Assembly (NCBI GenBank): GCA_051952955.1
Contig: JBQCJG010000306.1
Span: 1-58,374, forward strand
Direction of reading: 5' to 3'
From: Lysobacteraceae bacterium
GTDB lineage: Bacteria > Pseudomonadota > Gammaproteobacteria > Xanthomonadales > Xanthomonadaceae
Length of the DNA: 58,374 nucleotides
Shown: positions 50,501 to 58,374 of the stretch, piece by piece
Layout of the letters: each line of letters begins with the position of its first letter
Numbering within the stretch: the first letter of the stretch is position 1
The notes under the pieces: model-generated
What the model was told of the DNA's origin: nothing
Seen by the model: only the letters and a program-made list of their open reading frames with translations
Database searches by the model: none
Made by a program: the position numbers and the translations under genes

Positions 50501-50713
50501 TCAGCAGCAGCGCGAGCTTCCGCGTCCGTAGCGCGCCTGCACGCGATCGGCGAAGAACGCCTCGCGGGTCATCGGCACGCGGTCCGGATGGCGACGCCGC
50601 AGGTGCGCGACGTACAGGTCGTAGTCCGGCACGCCGACGATCAGCCGGCCGGTCTGCGCCAGCCAGCGCCACGCCGCGCGCAGCGGCTCAACGAACGGCG
50701 TCGAGCGCGACAT
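50501..50713 (-). CDS. YbdD/YjiX family small protein (cstA partner)
   Basis: GVPDYDLYVAH..HPD..M..EAFF..RY..RCC; overlaps cstA end. Confidence 0.9.
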   Translation of the reverse strand: MSRSTPFVEPLRAAWRWLAQTGRLIVGVPDYDLYVAHLRRRHPDRVPMTREAFFADRVQARYGRGSSRCC

Positions 50714-52745
50714 GCGGCGTCTCCTGCACGCTCGGCTGCGCCTGGCGGCGCGCGGCCAGCGCGGCGCGCAGCCCCAGCACCAGCATCAGCACCACCACGC
50801 CCATGAACAGCACGCACAGCGCGGCGTCGAGCTGGTTGTTGGACACGATCCGCTGCATCTCCTGCAGGCTCTTCGCCGGTGCGACCAGTTCGCCCTTCGC
50901 CAGCGCGTCGCCGTACTTGCGTGCGTTGGCGAGGAAGCCGATCTTCGGATCGTCGTGGAAGAGCTTCTGCCAGCCCGCGGTCATCGTGCAGACCAGCAGC
51001 CACGTCGTCGGCAGCAGCGCCACCCACAGGTAGCTGTCGCGCTTCATCTTCACCAGCGCCACGCAGACGAAGATCATCGCCATGCCGGCGAGCATCTGGT
51101 TGGCGATGCCGAACAGCGGCCACAGCGTGTTGATGCCGCCGAGCGGATCGGCCACGCCCTGGTACAGGAACCAGCCCCAGCCGGCGACCGCCAGCCCGGT
51201 GCAGACGAGGTTCGCGGTCCAGCTCTCGGTGCGGCGGAACGGCGCGTAGGCCACGCCGATCACTTCCTGGATCATGAAGCGCGCCACGCGCGTGCCGGCG
51301 TCGATCGTGGTGAGGATGAACAGCGCCTCGAACAGGATCGCGTAGTGGTACCAGAACGCCAGCATGCCGTCGCCGCCGAACAGGCCGTGCAGGATCTGCG
51401 CCATGCCCACCGCCAGCGTCGGCGCGCCGCCGGCGCGCGACAGCACGGTGGTCTCGCCGATCTCGCGCGCGGCCGCGGTCAGCGCGTCGGGCGTGATCGT
51501 GAAGCCCCAGGCCGAGATCGCCTGCGCCGCGGATTCGGGCGTCGTGCCGATCAGCGCCGCCGGCGCGTTCAGCGCGAAATACAGGCCCGGGTCGAGCACG
51601 CAGGCCGCGATCAGCGCCATCACCGCGACGAACGCTTCCATCAGCATGCCGCCGTAGCCGATCAGGCGCGCGTCGCGCTCGTTCTCCAGCATCTTCGGCG
51701 TGGTGCCGCTGCTGATCAGCGCGTGGAAACCGGAGATCGCGCCGCAGGCGATGGTGATGAACAGGAACGGGAACAGCTTGCCCGCGAACACCGGGCCGGT
51801 GCCGTCGGCGAAACGGGTGATCGCCGGCATCCGCAGATCCGGCAGGGCGACGCAGATCGCCAGCGCCAGCAGCACCACGGTACCGATCTTCAGGAACGTG
51901 CTGAGGTAGTCGCGCGGCGCCAGCAGCAGCCACACCGGCAGCACCGCGGCGACGAAGCCGTAGCCGATCAGCATCCACGCCAGCGCTTTCCCGTCGAAGG
52001 TGAAGCGGGCTGCCCAGTCCGGCGACGCGGCGACGTGGCCGCCCGCCCAGATCGACAGCAGCAGCAGCGCGAGGCCGATCAGCGAGACTTCGAGGATGCG
52101 GCCCGGCCGCAGCCAGCGCAGCCACACGCCCATCAGCAGCGCGATCGGGATGGTCGCCGCCACCGTGAACGTGCCCCACGGGCTGGTCGCCAGCGCCTTC
52201 ACGACGACCAGGCCCAGCACCGCGAGCAGGATCACCATGATCGCGAGGATGCCGACCATCGCCACCAGCCCGGCGGTGTGGCCCAGTTCGCTGCGGATCA
52301 TGTCGCCCAGCGAGCGACCGTCGCGGCGCACCGACAGGAACAGCACCAGGAAGTCCTGCACCGCGCCGGCCAGCACCACGCCGAACAGGATCCAGAGCAT
52401 TCCCGGCAGGTAGCCCATCTGCGCTGCCAGCACCGGCCCGACCAGCGGGCCCGCGCCGGCGATCGCGGCGAAATGGTGGCCGAACAGCACGCGCCGGTCG
52501 GTCGGCACGTAGTCCAGGCCGTCGTTGCGCCGCCACGCCGGCGTCGCCCGGGTCGGGTCCAGCCGCAGCGCGTGGTCGGCGATGTACTTCGAGTAGAAGC
52601 GGTAGCCGATCGCGAACACCGACACCGCCGCCGCCAGGATCCAGAACGCGCTGATCGTCTCGCCTCGGGACAGGGCCACCGTGCCCAGCGCGAAGGCGCC
52701 GAAGATCGACACCGCGCCCCAGCCCACCGCCTTCATCGCCGTCAT
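50688..52745 (-). CDS. cstA: Carbon starvation protein CstA / BtsT-like pyruvate or peptide transporter
   Basis: FGHHFAAIAGAGPLVGP, APRDYLS, CGAISGFH, LWPLFG; start at MTAMKAVGW. Confidence 0.95.
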   Translation of the reverse strand: MTAMKAVGWGAVSIFGAFALGTVALSRGETISAFWILAAAVSVFAIGYRFYSKYIADHALRLDPTRATPAWRRNDGLDYVPTDRRVLFGHHFAAIAGAGPLVGPVLAAQMGYLPGMLWILFGVVLAGAVQDFLVLFLSVRRDGRSLGDMIRSELGHTAGLVAMVGILAIMVILLAVLGLVVVKALATSPWGTFTVAATIPIALLMGVWLRWLRPGRILEVSLIGLALLLLSIWAGGHVAASPDWAARFTFDGKALAWMLIGYGFVAAVLPVWLLLAPRDYLSTFLKIGTVVLLALAICVALPDLRMPAITRFADGTGPVFAGKLFPFLFITIACGAISGFHALISSGTTPKMLENERDARLIGYGGMLMEAFVAVMALIAACVLDPGLYFALNAPAALIGTTPESAAQAISAWGFTITPDALTAAAREIGETTVLSRAGGAPTLAVGMAQILHGLFGGDGMLAFWYHYAILFEALFILTTIDAGTRVARFMIQEVIGVAYAPFRRTESWTANLVCTGLAVAGWGWFLYQGVADPLGGINTLWPLFGIANQMLAGMAMIFVCVALVKMKRDSYLWVALLPTTWLLVCTMTAGWQKLFHDDPKIGFLANARKYGDALAKGELVAPAKSLQEMQRIVSNNQLDAALCVLFMGVVVLMLVLGLRAALAARRQAQPSVQETPHVALDAVR

Positions 52746-52879
52746 CGTCGCGCTCCGCCTGGTGTCGTCCCCGGTCGCCTCGACCGTGCGGAAAGGGTGT
52801 CGCCGAACAGCCCCGCGGTCACTGCGCGGTGCGGCATGGGACGCTTGCCGCCGCGGGGGGGCGGCAGCGGACCGCGCGG

Positions 52880-53575
52880 CCCCCCCCCGCCCCGGGGGGG
52901 GGGGGGGGGGGGCCCGCCGGGGGGGGGCGGGGCGCTCGGAGCGGTGGAAGGCGATGCGCTCGTGACCATGGAGCGGCCCGCGATTCCTGCGTGCGGCATG
53001 TGCGCGCCTGCCGCCACGTCGCCCCTCATCCGGCCTTCGGCCACCTTCTCCCCGCAGGCGGGGAGAAGGAACAACGACGACCTTCTTCGCGTTTGACTTT
53101 CCCTCAAGCGGAAAGAAGGATTGCTGCAGGCGGGACGCAAAGGACGTCGGCGCTTCGCTTGTCCCTCTCCCCGCGTGCGGGGAGAGGGTGCCCGCAGGGC
53201 GGGTGAGGGGAGCGATCGGAGCGGTGGAAGGCGATGCGGTCGTGACCATGGAGCGGCCCGCGATTCCTGCGTGCGGCATGTGTGCGCTTGCTGCGGCTTC
53301 GCCCCTCATCCGGCCTTCGGCCACCTTCTCCCCGCGGGCGGGGAGAAGGAACAACGACGACCTTCTCCGCGTTTCCCTCACCCACGGGCGGGAAGAAGGA
53401 TTGCTTCCAGCCGTGATGCGAGGAACGTCGCCGCTTTGCATGTTTCTGTTCCCGTGCGTGGTGCGAAGTAACGCCGACGGTATTGCCTGCGCGTCGTGTC
53501 GACCTTTCCGCGATCACTCCGCGTCGTCCCTCTCCCCGCTTGCGGGGCGAGGGTGCCCGCAGGGCGGGTGAGGGG
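52880..53575. repeat. Array of five alternately oriented 48-bp BoxC/intrastrand-triplex-like elements, including a 280-bp tandem duplication
   Basis: Type A CCCTCTCCCCGC-NN-GCGGGG(A/C)GAGGG-T-GCCCGCAGGGC-GGGTGAGGGG at 53163-53210 and 53528-53575, with a degraded copy at about 52883-52930; inverted type B CCCCTCATCC-GGCCTTCGGCC-A-CCTTCTCCCCGC-NN-GCGGGGAGAAGG at 53022-53069 and 53302-53349. Confidence 0.9.
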
Positions 53576-53918
53576 CGGCGAGTGCGGCCACGATCGCCGT
53601 CAGGACGTCGTCCATCCGGAGCAGGACATCATCGTTCCGGAAGCGGATCACGCGGAATCCCTGTGTTTCCAGCCAGCGCGTGCGGGCGTCGTCGTACGCT
53701 GCGCGATCGAGATGCTGGCTGCCATCGACTTCGACGATCAGCCTGGCTTCAAGGCACACAAAGTCCGCGACGAATCGGCCGATGGCGTGCTGTCGTCGGA
53801 ACTTCCGGTCGAGCAGGCGCCGGTCGCGCACGTATTGCCACAGCGCACGTTCGGCATCGGTCTGCTGCCGGCGCAGAGTGCGCTCGTGATGACGGGGGCG
53901 GGGTCCGCGCATGGGCAT
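53514..53918 (-). CDS. DUF559 / YcjD-like endonuclease domain protein (Vsr-like PD-(D/E)XK fold)
   Basis: LRRQQTDAERALW, KFRRQHAIG, ADF, IVEVDGSQH, D..R..WL..QGFRVIRF.N. Confidence 0.9.
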   Translation of the reverse strand: MPMRGPRPRHHERTLRRQQTDAERALWQYVRDRRLLDRKFRRQHAIGRFVADFVCLEARLIVEVDGSQHLDRAAYDDARTRWLETQGFRVIRFRNDDVLLRMDDVLTAIVAALAAPHPPCGHPRPASGERDDAE

Positions 53919-54059
53919 GTTCCGGATCGATGCCGGAAGGATGCTGTGGTGGATGATGTGCGGAGATCGGGATTGTCCGAACGCAATGTCGGTGAACGGC
54001 GTGGCGTGCGGGGTCCAGTACCGATCGATGCGCGGAGGCGGGTTGCGAGCGTCTCAGCC

Positions 54060-55073
54060 CTACAGCCACTTCACCTTCTTCAGATAGCGGTACAGCACGA
54101 TGCAGATCGTCGCGACGACGAGGATCATCACCGCGTAGCCGTGGCGGGTGTGGATCTCGGGCATGAACTCGAAGTTCATGCCGTACCAGCTGGCGAGCAG
54201 CGTCGGCACGGCGAGCAGGCCGGCCCAGCCGGCGAGTTTCTTGACCACTTCGCCCTGGTGGATGGCGACCATCGACAGGTTCACGCTGAGCGCGGCGCCG
54301 AGCATCTCGCGCAGGGTGTCGATGCCGTCGTTGACGCGGACCACGTGGTCGAGCACGTCGCGCAGGTAGAGCTTGGCCTCGTCGGAGAACAGCGCCATCG
54401 GGCTGCGGCTGAGCTGCGCCAGGATGTCCTGCAGCGGCGCGACGGCGAGCCGCAGTTGCGTGAGTTCCTTCTTCAGCTCGTACAGCTTGACTATGGTGTC
54501 CTTGCGCCAGGTCTCGGCGAAGATCTCCTGCTCGAGGTCGTTCAGTTCGTCGCGGAAGTCGTTGACGATGGGCTGGTAGTTGTCGACGATGAAATCGAGG
54601 ATGCCGTACAGCGCGAACGCCGGGCCCTGCGCGAGCAGCTCCGGTTCGCGCTCGAAACGGTCGCGCACCAGCCGGTACGACAGCGACGCGCCGTGGCGCA
54701 CGGTCACGAGGAAGCGCGGGCCGATGAAGACATGCGTTTCGCCGAAGCGCACGTGGCCGTCGACCAGCTGCGCGGTGTGCACGGCGATGAACAGCGACTT
54801 GCCGTAGGCCTCGATCTTCGGGCGCTGGTGCGCGTGGTGCGCGTCCTCGATCGCGAGGTCGTGCAGGCCGAATTCCTCCTGCAGCTTGTCGAGCAGCGGC
54901 TCCTCGGGTTCGTACAGGCCGACCCAGACGAAGCTGCCGTCGTCGACCGCGAGCGCGTCGCTGATGTCGTCCAGGCCGATGTCGGTGCGCACGCCCTGGC
55001 GGTACACGGCGCAATTGACCACGCAGGCCGGCAGCGAGGGCGCGGCGGCGGGGGCGGGAGACGGCGTCTGCAT
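54060..55073 (-). CDS. corA: CorA family Mg/Co transporter
   Basis: HQRPKIE, YLRDVLDH, YGMNF, MPE. Confidence 0.93.
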   Translation of the reverse strand: MQTPSPAPAAAPSLPACVVNCAVYRQGVRTDIGLDDISDALAVDDGSFVWVGLYEPEEPLLDKLQEEFGLHDLAIEDAHHAHQRPKIEAYGKSLFIAVHTAQLVDGHVRFGETHVFIGPRFLVTVRHGASLSYRLVRDRFEREPELLAQGPAFALYGILDFIVDNYQPIVNDFRDELNDLEQEIFAETWRKDTIVKLYELKKELTQLRLAVAPLQDILAQLSRSPMALFSDEAKLYLRDVLDHVVRVNDGIDTLREMLGAALSVNLSMVAIHQGEVVKKLAGWAGLLAVPTLLASWYGMNFEFMPEIHTRHGYAVMILVVATICIVLYRYLKKVKWL

Positions 55074-55137
55074 GCGCGGCATCGTGCCGCGATCGGCCGG
55101 CATCGGCAAGCGCGATGCGGCCCCGCCGCGCGGACGG

Positions 55138-56367
55138 TCAGGCCGCGGCCGGCGTGCGGCCCGCGCCGCGCCACAGCGCGACGTGGATCGGCACCAGCAG
55201 CGCGATCCAGTGCGCGTCGGCCTGCGGCGGATTGGCCAGCCAGTAGACGAACACGGCCAGCGTGGCGGCCGCGGCCTGCAGCGCCAGCACCCGGTCGAAC
55301 AGCCGTCCCGGCGCGCGTCCGCGCAGCCCGCGCCACAGGCCGGGCAGCAGCAGCCACGCCGTCGGCATGAACAGCAGCAGGTTGCGGTTGGCCCAGGCGA
55401 AGCGGTGCTCGGTTCCGATCCACAGCAGCAGCATCACGCTGCCGAGCAGCGCGGCCGCCAGCCAGAAGCCGCCGGCGATCACCAGCGCCGTGCGCGGCGC
55501 GCGTGCGTGCAGCAGGCGCCATGCGAGCGCGATGCCCAGCCCGGCCAGCAGCCACGGCGACCACGGCTGCGGCTGTTCGCCCGGTTCCGGTGCGAGTCGA
55601 TGCGGCACGACGACCTCTTCGGACGCCACCAGCGGCCGGCCGTCGGGCAGGCGCGTCTCGCGCAGGCCTTCGGCGAGGCGCATCGGCACGTAGGCTTCTT
55701 CCCACAGCGACATCGGTGCGTCGGCGGCCGGCCCAAGGCCGACGTCGAAGCCCCAGCGCATCCACCACGCGGGGCGCGCGAGGCGCACGGCCTCGCTGCG
55801 ATAGGTGTTGCCGCGCGAGCGCGAAGTCAGCTGCCGGCGCAGGTCGCCGCCGAGCGCGCGGTCGATCGCGTCGCGCACGCGCGTGGCGCAGTTGTCGGTG
55901 AAGTACTCGTAGCGGTAGCGCGCGTGCTGCGGCTGGGCGTTCTCCGCCAGCGCGCGGGCCATCGCGTCGGCCTGCGCGGGCGCGAGGTCCAGCCACTGGA
56001 TGCGCACGCCGCGGCCGGTCTCGCGGTAATAGCGCAGGTCGTCGTTCCACGGCAGCTCGGCCAGCCGGTAGACCATGTCGCCGTGCACGAAGCGCCCGAC
56101 GAAGCCGTCCTCGCCGGGATCGAAGATGCCGAAGTTGTACGACACCGGCTCCAAGCCGGGATATTCGACGACGATCGCGTTGTGGCCGAAGCGCTCGAAG
56201 AAGATCTCGCCCGGCAGCATCGTCGCCACGCCGATGCGCGGCGCGGGCGCGGTGACGGGCACTGACACTGGTATGGGCGCCGCGGCCTGCGCGACGGCCA
56301 CGCAGAGCAGCGCGAGCATCGCCGCGCACAGGGCGACGAGGCCGGCGCGCGCGCGCCTAGCCCGCAT
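55138..56367 (-). CDS. DUF4105 / Lnb-like membrane protein (putative lipoprotein N-acyltransferase)
   Basis: Signal peptide, FGHNAI, YNFG, YRYEYFTDNCATR, four C-terminal TM helices. Confidence 0.75.
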   Translation of the reverse strand: MRARRARAGLVALCAAMLALLCVAVAQAAAPIPVSVPVTAPAPRIGVATMLPGEIFFERFGHNAIVVEYPGLEPVSYNFGIFDPGEDGFVGRFVHGDMVYRLAELPWNDDLRYYRETGRGVRIQWLDLAPAQADAMARALAENAQPQHARYRYEYFTDNCATRVRDAIDRALGGDLRRQLTSRSRGNTYRSEAVRLARPAWWMRWGFDVGLGPAADAPMSLWEEAYVPMRLAEGLRETRLPDGRPLVASEEVVVPHRLAPEPGEQPQPWSPWLLAGLGIALAWRLLHARAPRTALVIAGGFWLAAALLGSVMLLLWIGTEHRFAWANRNLLLFMPTAWLLLPGLWRGLRGRAPGRLFDRVLALQAAAATLAVFVYWLANPPQADAHWIALLVPIHVALWRGAGRTPAAA

Positions 56368-57241
56368 GCACGCTCACGTGCAGCGTGTGCAGCCGGCGCG
56401 CATCCGCGCGGGCGACGCGGAAACCGAAACGCGCCAGCGTCAGTTCCTCGCCGGCTTCCGGCAGGTGGCCGATCGCTGCGGTGACGAGGCCGCCGATGGT
56501 GTCGTACTCGTCGTCGGCGAAATCGGCGCCGAAGCGCGCGTTGAAATCCGCGATCGGGGTGAGCGCATCGACCAGGTACTGGCCGTCGGCCTGCGCCGCG
56601 ATCAGCGCGTCCGGGTCCTGCGCATCGTCGTGCTCGTCGTCGATCTCGCCGACGATCTGTTCCAGCACGTCCTCGATGGTGACGAGGCCGGAGACGCCGC
56701 CGTATTCGTCGATCACGATCGCCATGTGGTTGCGCGACTGGCGGAACTCGCGCAGCAGGATGTCCAGGCGCTTGGTTTCCGGCACCAGCACGGCCGGACG
56801 CAGCAGTTCGCGCACGCTGCCCGGGCCGTCGTCGGCGACCACGCCGCGCAGCAGGTCCTTCGCCAGCAGGATGCCGAGGATCTCGTCCTTGTCCTCGCCG
56901 TGCACGGGGAAGCGCGAATGGCCGGATTCGACCACCTGCTTCATCAGCGGCACGAACTTGCCGTCGACCGGCAGCGCGACCATCTGCGCGCGGGGGATCA
57001 TGATGTCGCCGACGGTGAGGTCGGAGATGGCCACGGCGCCTTCCATGATCCGCAGCGTGTCGGCGTCGATCACGCCGTCGGCCTGCACGTCGCGCAGCAG
57101 CTCGACCAGATCGTCCTGATTGTCGGGCTCGCCGGAGATCGCGGCCGTCAGGCGGGAAAACCAGGAGCGCCGCTTCTCGGGGCCCTTCTCCTGCGGTTTC
57201 GCGGCGCCTTCCGGCGCGCGGGTACTGTCGTCCTCGGACAT
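56357..57241 (-). CDS. corC: CBS-domain HlyC/CorC family protein
   Basis: SGHSRFPV, HMAIVIDEYGG, TIEDVLEQIVGEIDDEHD. Confidence 0.93.
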   Translation of the reverse strand: MSEDDSTRAPEGAAKPQEKGPEKRRSWFSRLTAAISGEPDNQDDLVELLRDVQADGVIDADTLRIMEGAVAISDLTVGDIMIPRAQMVALPVDGKFVPLMKQVVESGHSRFPVHGEDKDEILGILLAKDLLRGVVADDGPGSVRELLRPAVLVPETKRLDILLREFRQSRNHMAIVIDEYGGVSGLVTIEDVLEQIVGEIDDEHDDAQDPDALIAAQADGQYLVDALTPIADFNARFGADFADDEYDTIGGLVTAAIGHLPEAGEELTLARFGFRVARADARRLHTLHVSVHAG

Positions 57242-57328
57242 CGTCGTCTTGGGGGCGCCCGTGCGGGCGGTGGGCCAGTGTAACGCGTCCGGCCGGAGGG
57301 CGTCCCGGCGCCGCGGGGACGGACCGGT

Positions 57329-57820
57329 TCAGTCCTGCACGCGGTAGGGATCGTCGATGCCCAGTCCGGCGAGGATCTCGCGTTCCAGCCGTTCCATGCA
57401 TTCGGCCTCGCGCTCGTCCTGGTGGTCCATGCCCAGCAGGTGCAGCACGCCGTGCACGGTCATGTGCGCGTAATGGTGCGCGACCGCCTTGCCCTGTTCG
57501 GCGGCCTCGCGCGCCACCACCGGCGCGCACAGCACCAGGTCGCCCATCAGCGGCAGGGTCACGCCCTTCGGCAGCTTCACGCCTTCGGGCATTTCGCCCG
57601 GGAAGCTGAGCACGTTGGTCGCGTAGTCCTTGCCGCGGTAATGGCGGTTGAGCGCGCGGCCCTCGTCTTCGCCGACGATGCGGATCGCGATGTCGGCCTC
57701 GCGGATGCGGCCCTGTGCCGCCGCCGCGACCCAGCGCCGGAAACTCGGCGCCGCCGGCACCCCGGCGCGCCCGGTCGCGTAACCGACCGCGACGTCGAGG
57801 CGGACCGGGCCGCGGGTCAC
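57329..57820 (-). CDS. ybeY: rRNA maturation endoribonuclease YbeY
   Basis: YRGKDYATNVLSFP, HGVLHLLGMDH. Confidence 0.96.
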   Translation of the reverse strand: MTRGPVRLDVAVGYATGRAGVPAAPSFRRWVAAAAQGRIREADIAIRIVGEDEGRALNRHYRGKDYATNVLSFPGEMPEGVKLPKGVTLPLMGDLVLCAPVVAREAAEQGKAVAHHYAHMTVHGVLHLLGMDHQDEREAECMERLEREILAGLGIDDPYRVQD

Positions 57821-58374
57821 GGCGTCTCGCCCCAGTCGGACGGGTCGTAGTCGATGACGACGATCGTGGCGTCCTTCGGCTCCTCTTCGATCGCCTCGTC
57901 CCGACTGTCGAAACAGTGGCGTTCGATTCCCGCGTCCGATCCGCCGATGATCTGCAGCAGCAGATCGCCGACCGATCCGCCTTCGTCCATCGTGTTCGGG
58001 TCGATCGAGATCGACGTCTGCGAACAGCCGCCGATGTTGGACACCACGATCGCGGGGACCAGCGATCGCATGGTCCGATCGGCCAGCGATTCGAAGGTCG
58101 CCTGATCGATCTTCGACTCCGGGGCGGAGATGCGGCCCTTGACGTAGTAGAGCTGGCGATGGAACAGATAGCCGCGTGAATACGTCGGTACGGGCTCGCC
58201 GCCGGCTTTCGCGGGCATGCGGTAACGGAGGTCCATGCGCCGTCCGATGATCGGTTTCGACGCAACGGCCGCGAGCATCGCCTCGAATTCGGAGCCTTTC
58301 GCCGTCTTGCCGGGGGTGCCCGCTTCCGGATCATAGGACGTGGACGGGAGGCTCGACGAAGCAGGGGGCGCGTC
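57817..58374 (-). CDS. Hypothetical protein, 5' end outside window
   Basis: Frame open to the window edge; stop overlaps the ybeY GTG (GTGA); no recognisable motif. Confidence 0.6.
   Translation of the reverse strand, partial: DAPPASSSLPSTSYDPEAGTPGKTAKGSEFEAMLAAVASKPIIGRRMDLRYRMPAKAGGEPVPTYSRGYLFHRQLYYVKGRISAPESKIDQATFESLADRTMRSLVPAIVVSNIGGCSQTSISIDPNTMDEGGSVGDLLLQIIGGSDAGIERHCFDSRDEAIEEEPKDATIVVIDYDPSDWGETP

Noticed and set aside
50460-50713. Selenocysteine read-through in the YbdD/YjiX protein
   Set aside because: Gene ends TGC TGC TGA with both Cys encoded; no convincing SECIS hairpin seen
52890-52930. Functional G-quadruplex or phase-variable poly-G tract
   Set aside because: Aligns with repeat A at the 280-bp period and is best explained as miscalled sequence
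52746-53441. Long N-terminal extension of CstA in the ORF track (917 aa)
   Set aside because: It is read-through of the repeat array; CstA homology starts near 52745
52880-53575. CRISPR array
   Set aside because: Repeats alternate in orientation, spacers are about 91-178 bp and duplicated rather than unique, and no cas genes are present

Overview
High-GC gammaproteobacterial chromosome segment; gene content and order point to Xanthomonadaceae/Lysobacteraceae (inference). It is mostly housekeeping: the end of cysNC, an M20 dipeptidase, comEA, a Fur-boxed TonB receptor/PiuC/PepSY iron-uptake unit, a phosphatase/acyl-CoA dehydrogenase/kinase trio, a suf operon, SET, DUF5916, DUF1439 and HU genes, a broken ppk2, the frr-uppS-cdsA-dxr-rseP-bamA-lpxD-fabZ-lpxA-lpxB-rnhB-dnaE-accA cluster, CDF and POT transporters, an S9 peptidase, modAB without modC, cstA-ybdD and ybeY-corC-DUF4105-corA. 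The most notable structure is at about 52880-53918. There, a DUF559 (YcjD-like) endonuclease gene ends inside the first of five alternately oriented 48-bp BoxC/intrastrand-triplex-like elements. These elements covary in hairpin, mini-hairpin and third-strand positions, suggesting a nuclease-plus-structured-ssDNA repeat system analogous to REP-RAYT. Other leads are a DUF4105/Lnb-like gene in the usual lnt position, a 2H-phosphoesterase-like gene and a secreted protein inserted between rnhB and dnaE, and a possible modC deletion scar. Several oddities look like base-calling errors. No rRNA, tRNA, CRISPR array or transposase was seen. All family calls are from motif recognition, not database searches.
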